64,000 nucleotides of DNA from Eubacteriales bacterium (GTDB taxonomy: Bacteria; Bacillota; Clostridia; Oscillospirales; UMGS1783). A program made the position numbers and the translations under genes. The notes beneath the pieces were generated by a model that saw nothing but the letters and a program-made list of their open reading frames with translations, ran no database searches and was not told the origin of the DNA. How positions within the stretch are numbered: the stretch's first letter is position 1; each line of letters starts with the position of its first letter. The stretch covers positions 3,519 to 67,518 of the forward strand of contig JAZQIZ010000031.1 of NCBI GenBank assembly GCA_045541395.1. Direction: 5' to 3'. This document shows positions 28,551 to 36,078 of the stretch, piece by piece.

Positions 28551-30452
28551 TTACTTAGAAAGAACAGACTTCTTAGCAACAACAACGCCTACTACAGATG
28601 CGAGCATAAGAGCTACAACTGCGAATACGCTCATATTGTCAGCGGTCTTAGGAGCTTCTTCCTTCTTGTCTTCTTCCTTCTTGTCTTCTTCTACTTCTTC
28701 GTCTTCAACGGGTTCGTCTTCAACGGGTTCATCTTCAACGGGTTCGTCTTCAACGGGTTCGTCTTCGGGATCTTCACCGGGTTCTTCGGGATCTTCGGGA
28801 TCCTGGCCGGGTTCTTCGGGATCTTCGGGATCAACGATTTCGTCTTCAGGAACGTCAACGATGATGTCGCCGAAAGAGGTACCCCAAGAGTTCATAGCTT
28901 CGAGAGCGCCGCCTGCACCGAGAACTGCGGGATACTGGGAAGGATCAATGTTCCAATCCCAAGAGAAAGCTTCTTCACCCTTTTCGCCGTTTTCATCAAC
29001 TTCGTAGATAACTACGTTGTCAATATAGAAACGATCAGCGAATACGGTGTCAGCAGTATCAGCGATAGTGTAAATTCTGTAGCAGTAGCCGTTAATAATG
29101 TTGCCATCGCCAGGAGCGAAGTCTTCGTAAGGCTTATCCATGGTGAGGACAGGAGATTCTACGTGTTCCCAGTTGTTAGACTGGAATACATAGGAGCCCT
29201 TAGCGCCGGGAACCATGCCGTCAGAGAAGTCAAACATAATAGTTTCGCCTGCGGTACCCTTAACGTCAAATTCCATGATATACTGCTTGCCAGCTTCGAT
29301 ATTATAGTTATCGTCAGCATCCTTGCCGGTCCACTGATAGATAGCAGCATAGTTGCCGGGTCTATCTTCAGTTCTGTTACCCTGGAGCCAGATGCACTTT
29401 TCAGGAGCTTCTACTTCGGGATCTTCAGGAGGTTCGGGTTCAACGATTTCTTCGCCTAATTCATAGATAGCAATATCCTTGAGCTGGAAGGTTAAAGCGC
29501 CACTTTCACCGCCGATGGAGTATACACGAGCAGAAACGCCGTTGCCATAGTTAGGATCGGTTTCAGGGATATCTTCCCAAGTAATATTGGCAGTCATAGT
29601 TTCGGAAGTTACAGTTTCCCAAACGCCGGTTTCCTGGAAGGTGTAAGAACCGCCCATGCCAACGGAACCGTCTTTAAAGTCAAACATAATGGACTTGCCA
29701 GCTTCGCCCTTAGCCTGGAAGGACATAACATAGTCTTCACCTAAAACAACGTTAAAGTTGCCGTCAGTCTTGCCGGTCCAGAACATCTGAGCGCCGTAAC
29801 CGTCAGTTGCGTCAAGAGTTACACAGCCGAGGCCGGTAGCACCGTCAGCCCAAGAGCCGAAGGGAGCGGATTCGGGAGTGGTAACGTCCCAAGAGAATAC
29901 AGCAGTTTCAGTAGCTTCGTTAATGATAGTAACTTCGTCGAGGTAGAAGGTTAAAGCACCGTCAGTACCGCCGATGGAGTATACACGAGCAGAAACGCCG
30001 TTTACATAGTTGCCATCAGATTCGGGGATATCTTCATAAGTCAGATCAGACTTAAGACCTGTAAAGGTAGCAGTTTCCCAAACGCCGGTTTCTGCGAAGG
30101 TGTAGGAACCGCCCATGCCAACAGAGCCATCCTTGAAGTCCATCATAATGGACTTGCCAGCTTCGCCCTTAACCTTAACGGATACAGTATAGGTTTCGCC
30201 TAAAACAACGTTAAAGTTGCCATCGGGCTTACCGGTCCAGAACATCTGAGCGCCGTAACCATCAGCAGCATCAAGCTTAACGTAGTCAGCAGTAGTGGTT
30301 GCGCCATCGCCCCAAGAACCATAAGGACCAGCTTCAACAGTTTCGCAAGAAAATGCGAAAACCTGAGTCTGTTCACGAGCAGCAGTAACGATGCCGGTGA
30401 AAAGACCTACCAGCATTACTAATGCCAGTATGAACGCGAGATTCTTTTTCAT
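28551..30452 (-). CDS. cell-surface protein with 3 full copies plus a partial copy of a ~145-aa CBM-like module, an acidic stalk and a C-terminal sorting-type signal
   Basis: Start moved to the ATG at 30452 (AAGGAGGA ribosome-binding site). Signal peptide MKKNLAFILALVMLVGLFTGIVTAA. Repeats contain ...GSW.DGAT...FWTGK.DGNFNV.LGE.Y...KGEAGKSIM.DFKDGSVGMGGSYTF. A D/E/P-rich stalk is followed by APKTADN, a TM helix and KKSVLSK. Confidence 0.7.
   Translation of the reverse strand: MKKNLAFILALVMLVGLFTGIVTAAREQTQVFAFSCETVEAGPYGSWGDGATTTADYVKLDAADGYGAQMFWTGKPDGNFNVVLGETYTVSVKVKGEAGKSIMMDFKDGSVGMGGSYTFAETGVWETATFTGLKSDLTYEDIPESDGNYVNGVSARVYSIGGTDGALTFYLDEVTIINEATETAVFSWDVTTPESAPFGSWADGATGLGCVTLDATDGYGAQMFWTGKTDGNFNVVLGEDYVMSFQAKGEAGKSIMFDFKDGSVGMGGSYTFQETGVWETVTSETMTANITWEDIPETDPNYGNGVSARVYSIGGESGALTFQLKDIAIYELGEEIVEPEPPEDPEVEAPEKCIWLQGNRTEDRPGNYAAIYQWTGKDADDNYNIEAGKQYIMEFDVKGTAGETIMFDFSDGMVPGAKGSYVFQSNNWEHVESPVLTMDKPYEDFAPGDGNIINGYCYRIYTIADTADTVFADRFYIDNVVIYEVDENGEKGEEAFSWDWNIDPSQYPAVLGAGGALEAMNSWGTSFGDIIVDVPEDEIVDPEDPEEPGQDPEDPEEPGEDPEDEPVEDEPVEDEPVEDEPVEDEEVEEDKKEEDKKEEAPKTADNMSVFAVVALMLASVVGVVVAKKSVLSK
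28655..28835 (-). repeat. in-frame tandem DNA repeats encoding the acidic stalk
   Basis: 4 x 15 nt (gtcttcaacgggttc, 28701-28760; one copy has a g>a change). 2 x 15 nt (cttccttcttgtctt, 28658-28687). 2 x 26 nt at 28777-28802 and 28807-28832. Confidence 0.85.
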
Positions 30453-30507
30453 AAAAAATTTCCTCCTTAAATAATTAAAATGAATAAAACGTCCATTTTG
30501 TATAAAT

Positions 30508-30536
30508 ATTATACGCAAACGATTGCGGAAAGTCAA
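30508..30536 (-). promoter_or_regulatory. consensus sigma-A promoter with a LacI-type operator in the spacer
   Basis: Minus strand reads TTGACT (30536-30531), a 17-nt spacer and TATAAT (30513-30508). The spacer holds the near-palindrome CGCAATCGTTTGCG (30514-30527). Confidence 0.65.
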
Positions 30537-30796
30537 TATTTTAAGGCTTTTTTAAAGAATTTACCTTTATTTTTGGTGTTTTCACCAAAAAACTATTAGC
30601 AAAACCAGGTTGAAATGTGTGGTATTGCACAAAGGGTTGAAAGTTATCAAATGGTATACCATACTAATACGTAAAGACACCTGATATTTGCGAAAATTTT
30701 GCGAAAATTTTCGTGGTAATTTACGAAATAATTCACCTGCAAAAGCAATATTTATAAATAAAAAAAGACAACTTATGCTCTGCATTGCCAATAAAA

Positions 30797-30826
30797 AAAG
30801 AAGCCAAGCCGGGCTTGACTTCTTTT
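30797..30826. terminator. terminator after the 294-aa surface protein gene
   Basis: Stem aaagaagccaagcc with ggcttgacttcttt (1 mismatch), flanked by an A-run and a T-run. Confidence 0.55.
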
Positions 30827-30842
30827 TTTATTAGTTGGTTAA

Positions 30843-31727
30843 TTACTTGGAAAGAACGGACTTCTTAACAACAACGATAGCAACAGCGGAGATTGCCATA
30901 AGAGCAACTACAACGCCGATAACCATATTGTCGGAAGTAGCGGGGTTCTTGGTAGCGCCGCCGATAACTTCACCCTTTTCGTCAACGATAACGGTGTTGC
31001 CTTCTTCGTCCTTTTCAACCTTACCGATTACATTACCTTCTTTGTCAACAACAACTTCGTTGCCTTCTTCGTCGGTAGTGATTTCGCCTTCGAGCTGTTC
31101 GCCTTCGCCGTCTTCACCTTCGGGAGTTTCGATGATAACGTCTTCAGTGTATTCATAGATAACGATATCGTCTACAGTAACTTCGGAAGCTGCGAGGGGG
31201 TTGCCGTTGGGGTGAAGGTAGATACGTACGGGATAGCCGTTGAGGATGGACTGATCGCCAGGAGCGAGATCTAATTCATGATCAACGGTAACGGTCATAG
31301 GAGCAGACCAAACGTCTTCCCATTCGCCGGTGGTTTCGAAGGTGTAAGCACCGTTCATACCGATGGAGCCATCCTTGAAGTCATACTGAACTTCTTTGCC
31401 TGCTTCACCCTTAGCTTTGAAGTTAAGGATGTAGGTCTTGCCGTATTCAACAGCATAAACGTTTTCTTCAGCGCCTTCTTCTTTGAGGTTACCGGTCCAC
31501 ATATAATATGCAGCATAGCCGGTATCACCAGCATTGTCAGCAGGTCTGATAATAATATTGTTATCATCAGTAGCAGTAGCGCCGTAAGCCCAAGCGCCCC
31601 ATTCAGCGCCGCCGAGGGAGCTGCAGTCCCAAGAGAATACTGCATCGCCGATGCCGGCAGAAACGATACCGGTGCAAAGGCCGATTACCATTACTAAAGC
31701 GAGTACTAATACAAGACTCTTCTTCAT
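30843..31727 (-). CDS. cell-surface protein with one CBM-like module, a stalk and a C-terminal sorting-type signal
   Basis: Start moved to the ATG at 31727 (AGGAGGA ribosome-binding site). Signal peptide MKKSLVLVLALVMVIGLCTGIVSAG. The module is homologous to those of the 28551-30452 gene (KAKGEAGKEVQYDFKDGSIGMNGAYTF). An E/G-rich stalk is followed by NPATSDN, a TM helix and KKSVLSK. Confidence 0.7.
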   Translation of the reverse strand: MKKSLVLVLALVMVIGLCTGIVSAGIGDAVFSWDCSSLGGAEWGAWAYGATATDDNNIIIRPADNAGDTGYAAYYMWTGNLKEEGAEENVYAVEYGKTYILNFKAKGEAGKEVQYDFKDGSIGMNGAYTFETTGEWEDVWSAPMTVTVDHELDLAPGDQSILNGYPVRIYLHPNGNPLAASEVTVDDIVIYEYTEDVIIETPEGEDGEGEQLEGEITTDEEGNEVVVDKEGNVIGKVEKDEEGNTVIVDEKGEVIGGATKNPATSDNMVIGVVVALMAISAVAIVVVKKSVLSK

Positions 31728-31780
31728 AATAAATTTCCTCCTAAATAATTTTAAAGACAAGTAGTCTATTTTGTATAATC

Positions 31781-31809
31781 ATTATACGCAAACGATTGCT
31801 TAATGTCAA
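31781..31809 (-). promoter_or_regulatory. consensus sigma-A promoter with a LacI-type operator in the spacer
   Basis: Minus strand reads TTGACA (31809-31804), a 17-nt spacer and TATAAT (31786-31781). The spacer holds GCAATCGTTTGCG (31787-31799). Confidence 0.65.
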
Positions 31810-31880
31810 TAAGTTTTATTTTAATTTCCTGAATTTATTTAAATTTTGTTATTTTGTACAAAAGAAAAAAGAAGTGAAGC

Positions 31881-32942
31881 TCACTTCTTTTTTGATTTAT
31901 ACTGATAGTATCTGTAATTACTTTTAAAGAGCAGCTGAGGGGGCACGACGATATTTTTCTCGGGCATTCTTTTCTCACCCAGCCAGAAATACATTGCCAT
32001 AAAGGCCTTTCTTGCCTGTTTATAAAGGTCCTGATAGATGGTGGCGTGAACAATATTGTTTTCAAGCATATAAGCAAGATCGTCAAACATATCGGTGGCA
32101 ACCACCTTTATTTTATCGGCAAGACCCATTTCCGTTAAAAGGCGGCAGATGGAGGTACTGTTGGCGGTGGTGATATAAATACCGTCAACCTCGCAGGTTT
32201 CAAGCACTTCTTTGGTTTCGAAATAGGCGGTATCGGCTTCGTCCAGGGTATCTACCATATGAGTCACTTTTACGCCGTATTTTTTAGAGTGATAGAAGAA
32301 TGCGCGGGCGGTTTTAAAGTGGATATCCGATTTCATATCGCCTGTAACAAGAAGGATATTTTTTCTCGCACCGTGGATCATAAAAGAAAGCATCTGCGCG
32401 GCGGCCTCGGCGGCGGCTTCGGCATTACCGGTACAGGCAAAAAGATGCCTTGCTCTTTCCAGGTAAGAGGTAAGGCCCGCAACGGGGATACCGTTATCCA
32501 TTGTGGCGGTTATTTTGTCCATAATAAGCTTTTCATCGTTAGCGGACATAACTATACCGTCACAGTTTTCTTCTATAAGCTCATCTATAAGACTGCAGTA
32601 TTTTTCTGCAGAGGAGGAGCCTGCTTTAATAACCTTAAGAGATAATACCACCTTATAGTCAAAAAGCCTGTCATGAGCTTCACGGATACCTCTTATAAGC
32701 TCACGGGAGGTATGCTCGATATCACCTGCCAGGATAACGCCTATTTTTATTGCCTTTTTTGTAAGGCGGGAAGCCATACGGTTGGGGGTATAGCCGTATT
32801 CCTTGGCGGTTTTTAGTATGTATGCGCGCTTTTCTTCGTTCATTTTATAATCTTCCTTAAAAGCGCGGCTTACCTCCGAAGCGGAGATATTCATTATTTT
32901 GGCCAATTTTGTAATGGAAATATTATCGTCCAACTTATTCAC
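31881..32942 (-). CDS. LacI-family transcriptional regulator
   Basis: N-terminal HTH (ISITKLAKIMNISASEVSRAF...AKEYGYTPNRMASRL) and a periplasmic-binding-protein-like sugar sensor domain. First gene of the minus-strand glycan locus. Confidence 0.8.
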   Translation of the reverse strand: MNKLDDNISITKLAKIMNISASEVSRAFKEDYKMNEEKRAYILKTAKEYGYTPNRMASRLTKKAIKIGVILAGDIEHTSRELIRGIREAHDRLFDYKVVLSLKVIKAGSSSAEKYCSLIDELIEENCDGIVMSANDEKLIMDKITATMDNGIPVAGLTSYLERARHLFACTGNAEAAAEAAAQMLSFMIHGARKNILLVTGDMKSDIHFKTARAFFYHSKKYGVKVTHMVDTLDEADTAYFETKEVLETCEVDGIYITTANSTSICRLLTEMGLADKIKVVATDMFDDLAYMLENNIVHATIYQDLYKQARKAFMAMYFWLGEKRMPEKNIVVPPQLLFKSNYRYYQYKSKKK

Positions 32943-32989
32943 CTACCTATACAATATAATACATAAAATTTACCAAGAAGTCAAGGATA

Positions 32990-33018
32990 TTGACATATCT
33001 CTCCAAAGGGTTTAAAAT
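32990..33018 (+). promoter_or_regulatory. putative promoter of queH (TTGACA-17-TAAAAT)
   Basis: TTGACA at 32990-32995, 17-nt spacer, TAAAAT at 33013-33018. The -10 ends only 7 nt before the queH ATG. Confidence 0.45.
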
Positions 33019-33025
33019 TATTGCT

Positions 33026-33628
33026 ATGGGTAATGAATATATTAAAAAATTTGACACGCAGTGTATTGAAAGCAAGGGCAAAAAGCTTTTGCTTCATTGC
33101 TGTTGCGCGCCTTGCTCTTCCGCCACATTAGAGGCCCTTTGCGAGCATTTTGAGGTTACGGTGTATTTTTATAACCCCAACATTCAGCCTTACGGCGAAT
33201 TTGAAAAGAGGGCAAACGAGCAGATCCGCTTTATTAAGGAGCATTTTAAAAACAGGATCCGGGTAATAATTGCCCCCTATGAAGGGGAGCGTTTTTCAGA
33301 AATAGCACGAGGGCGGGAGCATTTGCCCGAAAAGAGCGAGCGCTGTTATCTTTGCTACAGGCTGAGAATGGAAAGCTGTGTGAAGTATGCCGGGGAGCAT
33401 GGCTTTGACGCCTTTACCACCTCCCTTTCCATAAGCCCTCACAAAAACGCCCAATGGATAAACGAAATAGGCGAAGAATTAGAGAAAAGCTACGGAATAG
33501 AGTTTATTGCTTCGGATTTTAAAAAGAGAAACGGCTACAAGCGGTCTATTGAATTATCACGGGAATACGGGCTTTACCGACAGGACTGGTGCGGCTGCAT
33601 ATATTCCAAAAAAGAAAAACACGGCTGA
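33026..33628 (+). CDS. queH: epoxyqueuosine reductase QueH (DUF208)
   Basis: LLLHCCCAPCSS, CYLCYRLR and WCGC cysteine motifs characteristic of QueH. Start moved to the only in-frame ATG (33026). Confidence 0.8.
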   Translation: MGNEYIKKFDTQCIESKGKKLLLHCCCAPCSSATLEALCEHFEVTVYFYNPNIQPYGEFEKRANEQIRFIKEHFKNRIRVIIAPYEGERFSEIARGREHLPEKSERCYLCYRLRMESCVKYAGEHGFDAFTTSLSISPHKNAQWINEIGEELEKSYGIEFIASDFKKRNGYKRSIELSREYGLYRQDWCGCIYSKKEKHG

Positions 33629-33646
33629 CGCCGTGTTTTTTATTTA

Positions 33647-35059
33647 TCAGTAACCGACAGCGAGGCCCAGAAGAAGCAGAGCACTTGTTAAAACAAGGTT
33701 CAAAAGCTGGAACTTCCAGGAGTATTTTACCCATTTGCCGTAGCTTACGTTTACAAGGCTTAAGGCTATAAGCAGGGCGGCGTTGGTTGGATAGAAAACG
33801 TTGGAGAAGCCGTCACCAAAGGCAAAAGCCAAAATTGAGAGCTGAGAGGATATGCCGAACATTGTGGCTATAGGGCCAATAAGGGGCATAAGCAGAAAGG
33901 CCTTTGCCGAGCCTGAGCTTATAAAGAAGTTCATAACCAGAACTATCAAATAAATAAACAGGATGATCCCCCATTTAGGCATACTGCCTGCGGCGGTAAC
34001 CGCGTAATGAAGGATGGTATCCAATATTTTAGCTTCGGTTAAAATATACTTAACCGAGCTTGCCATTAAAATAAGGAGCACGGCAGGCAAAATTGCAACG
34101 ATGCCGCTGCCAAATCCCTTCAGAAGGCCTTTAAGGCCGATGCCTGCTTTAAGACAGGAAACAACACCTGCAATAAGGAAGGAGAGGGCAACTATTATCA
34201 TAGTAAGGCTTTGCAATGCGGGAATAACGCCCGAAAGCAAAACGCAAACTATACCCAGACCTAAGATCAAACAGAAAAGAAGCAGGGCCTTATCCATATT
34301 TTTATCGGGGGTAAAGTTTTTCTCTTCGATATTAACGGGGCTTTCGTGTTTTTTGGCGTGATGGCGAACGTAAAGGGTAAGGGCTACGTAGATAAGCACA
34401 AAGCTGAGAATGCGCATAGAAACGCCGGAGAACATAGGCAGGCCTGCTATGCTTTGGGCAACGCCTACGGTAAAGGGGTTAAACACACCGGAGGCAAAGC
34501 CGCAACCGACCGCAAGTAAACTCATACCAAGGCCGGTAAAAATATCCCACCCTAAGGAAACGGCCAGGGAGACAACTATGGGCACCAGAGGAACACATTC
34601 TTCAAAAGAGCCTATAAAGGCACCCATTGCCATAAAGAAGAAAATAACGATATACATAAGCTTATAGCGGGCGTTACCGTATTTAACGGCTATACGCATA
34701 AGCATATATTCCATAAGGCCGCATTTTTCAAGGCAGGTAAACACACCGCCTATAACCAGCAAAAAGGCAATTACGGCAAGAAGAGTGCCGCCGCCTTCGG
34801 CCCCCAACACCAAAAAGGGAGAAAGGAGCCATTTCCAGAAAGGCAGACCGCCCTGAACCTCATTGAAGCCGCCTTCGGGAGAAATGACAAGATTACCGCT
34901 TTCATCCTCTACCCTCACAAACTCGCCGCCGGGCACAAAGAAAGTAAGAGTATATGTAAGCATAGAAAGAAGAGCTATAACCAAAATGGCAGTCAAGAAG
35001 GATCGCACATTAATATTCAAACCTTTTTTCTGTTCCATTATTTCACCTTTTTCGTTCAT
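33647..35059 (-). CDS. YfcC/DcuC-type anaerobic carrier (about 12 TM)
   Basis: 470 aa, highly hydrophobic. The N-terminal region (NVRSFLTAILVIALL...GGLPFWKWLLSPF) resembles YfcC-family transporters. Confidence 0.6.
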   Translation of the reverse strand: MNEKGEIMEQKKGLNINVRSFLTAILVIALLSMLTYTLTFFVPGGEFVRVEDESGNLVISPEGGFNEVQGGLPFWKWLLSPFLVLGAEGGGTLLAVIAFLLVIGGVFTCLEKCGLMEYMLMRIAVKYGNARYKLMYIVIFFFMAMGAFIGSFEECVPLVPIVVSLAVSLGWDIFTGLGMSLLAVGCGFASGVFNPFTVGVAQSIAGLPMFSGVSMRILSFVLIYVALTLYVRHHAKKHESPVNIEEKNFTPDKNMDKALLLFCLILGLGIVCVLLSGVIPALQSLTMIIVALSFLIAGVVSCLKAGIGLKGLLKGFGSGIVAILPAVLLILMASSVKYILTEAKILDTILHYAVTAAGSMPKWGIILFIYLIVLVMNFFISSGSAKAFLLMPLIGPIATMFGISSQLSILAFAFGDGFSNVFYPTNAALLIALSLVNVSYGKWVKYSWKFQLLNLVLTSALLLLGLAVGY

Positions 35060-35227
35060 TTTTTATTAATATACCACAAATAAAAAGTTTAGGCAAGAAA
35101 AATAAAAATTGCCCGGTTTTAATGAATAAAATATTTTAATACTTGCACTAACCGCCCTATTTGCAACCTAAAACCAAGTTTTTTTGAATTAAATTGCAAG
35201 AATTTTATATTTTCTTGCAAGATACTA

Positions 35228-35255
35228 TTGACAAGCTCTGTAAATAGGTTATAAT
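35228..35255 (+). promoter_or_regulatory. sigma-A type promoter (TTGACA-16-TATAAT)
   Basis: TTGACA at 35228-35233 and TATAAT at 35250-35255. AAAGGAGG ribosome-binding site before the ATG at 35287. Confidence 0.5.
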
Positions 35256-35286
35256 AGAACCATAACAAACAAAGGAGGTACGTTTT

Positions 35287-35673
35287 ATGCAGAACAACAC
35301 CAATGATCTTCCGTTATTATTGCTTGACAACAGCAGTATGATGTCTGTGCTGAATCAGGGAGAATTCAAATGTGATAATCTTTCCTTTGAAGATGCTCAG
35401 CATATTCTGGAGATACACGATGAATCTATGACTTTGAAATGCTTTGCCAACCCCGATATTGAACAGGTTATATTCGGTCATCTTGGCGTAACAAAGCGCA
35501 ATTACACCTACAAGCGCATTCGCAATATGCGGGCGGGCCAGCACGCTATAGTTTTTAAATTATACGTTACCCCCTCTGAAACCCAGCCTGTTATTCAGGC
35601 GGATGACGGCGTAGAGGCAAAGAAAATTCAAAACGTTTACGTTTACTGTCAGCACATTGTACGATTAAAATAA
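35287..35673 (+). CDS. small cytoplasmic protein, possibly DUF1874 (STIV B116/YddF-like)
   Basis: 128 aa. The pattern LLLLDNSS...GEFKCDNLSFEDAQHIL...GHLGV...GQHAIVFKL resembles my memory of DUF1874. It has its own promoter and terminator. Confidence 0.35.
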   Translation: MQNNTNDLPLLLLDNSSMMSVLNQGEFKCDNLSFEDAQHILEIHDESMTLKCFANPDIEQVIFGHLGVTKRNYTYKRIRNMRAGQHAIVFKLYVTPSETQPVIQADDGVEAKKIQNVYVYCQHIVRLK

Positions 35674-35700
35674 CCCATACGTTTTCCTTTCCTATATGAA

Positions 35701-35738
35701 AGCAGCAGAGCTTTACCCACTCTGCTGCTTTTGCTTTT
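35701..35738 (+). terminator. rho-independent terminator
   Basis: Stem agcagcagag (35701-35710) with ctctgctgct (35720-35729), followed by TTTTGCTTTT. Confidence 0.55.
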
Positions 35739-35766
35739 ATCTTTCAAAAGGAATTGCTTCCTCGGG

Positions 35767-35802
35767 GCAAAAAGAGAGCCTCGCATATTACTGCGAGGCT
35801 CT
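35767..35802 (-). terminator. rho-independent terminator of the pfl operon
   Basis: 11-bp stem agagcctcgca (35775-35785) with tgcgaggctct (35792-35802). CTTTTTG follows on the minus strand. Confidence 0.6.
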
Positions 35803-35827
35803 TGGGCTAAATCAATTTTGCGGGTTT

Positions 35828-36061
35828 TTACATAGATTCGTGGATGGTTCTGCTAATAACATCATCCTGCTGCTCTTTTGTTAACTTGTTGAAGTTTACG
35901 GCATAGCCGGAAACGCGGATGGTGAGCTGGGGGTATTTTTCGGGATGAGCCTGAGCATCTAAGAGAGTCTCACGGTCAAAAACGTTTACGTTGAGGTGGA
36001 AGCCGCCATCGGAAACGTAGGCATCCAGCATATTAACAAGGTTATCGGTTCTCTGGGACAT
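35828..36061 (-). CDS. glycyl-radical domain protein (C-terminal piece of pyruvate formate-lyase; GrcA-like)
   Basis: 77 aa. ...[39 protein letters not shown] is the PFL glycine-radical loop and C-terminus. It has its own AAAGGAGA Shine-Dalgarno 6 nt before the ATG. Confidence 0.85.
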   Translation of the reverse strand: MSQRTDNLVNMLDAYVSDGGFHLNVNVFDRETLLDAQAHPEKYPQLTIRVSGYAVNFNKLTKEQQDDVISRTIHESM

Positions 36062-36078
36062 AATATTTCTCCTTTTTA

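Noticed and set aside
28402-29007. 201-aa plus-strand Ser/Gly/Thr-rich ORF
   Set aside because: It is antisense to the acidic D/E/P stalk of the surface protein. It is the reverse-complement artefact of the tandem repeats. It has no ribosome-binding site and begins in the hairpin-rich intergenic region.
30453-30536. N-terminal extensions of the two surface-protein ORFs (TTG starts at 30536 and 31760)
   Set aside because: For 30536 the TTG is the first three bases of the -35 hexamer; the TTG at 31760 lies in the 5' leader downstream of the -10. The extensions (MTFRNRLRIIF..., MSLKLFRRKF) precede a canonical Shine-Dalgarno, ATG and signal peptide. The true starts are 30452 and 31727.
30582-30791. 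69-aa minus-strand ORF in the 300-bp spacer
   Set aside because: It has no ribosome-binding site and a low-complexity AT-driven sequence. It spans palindromes and direct repeats that look regulatory rather than coding.
35696-35884. 62-aa plus-strand ORF between the DUF1874-like gene and the pfl operon
   Set aside because: It spans two back-to-back terminator hairpins and runs into the antisense of the PFL small-subunit gene. It has no ribosome-binding site.
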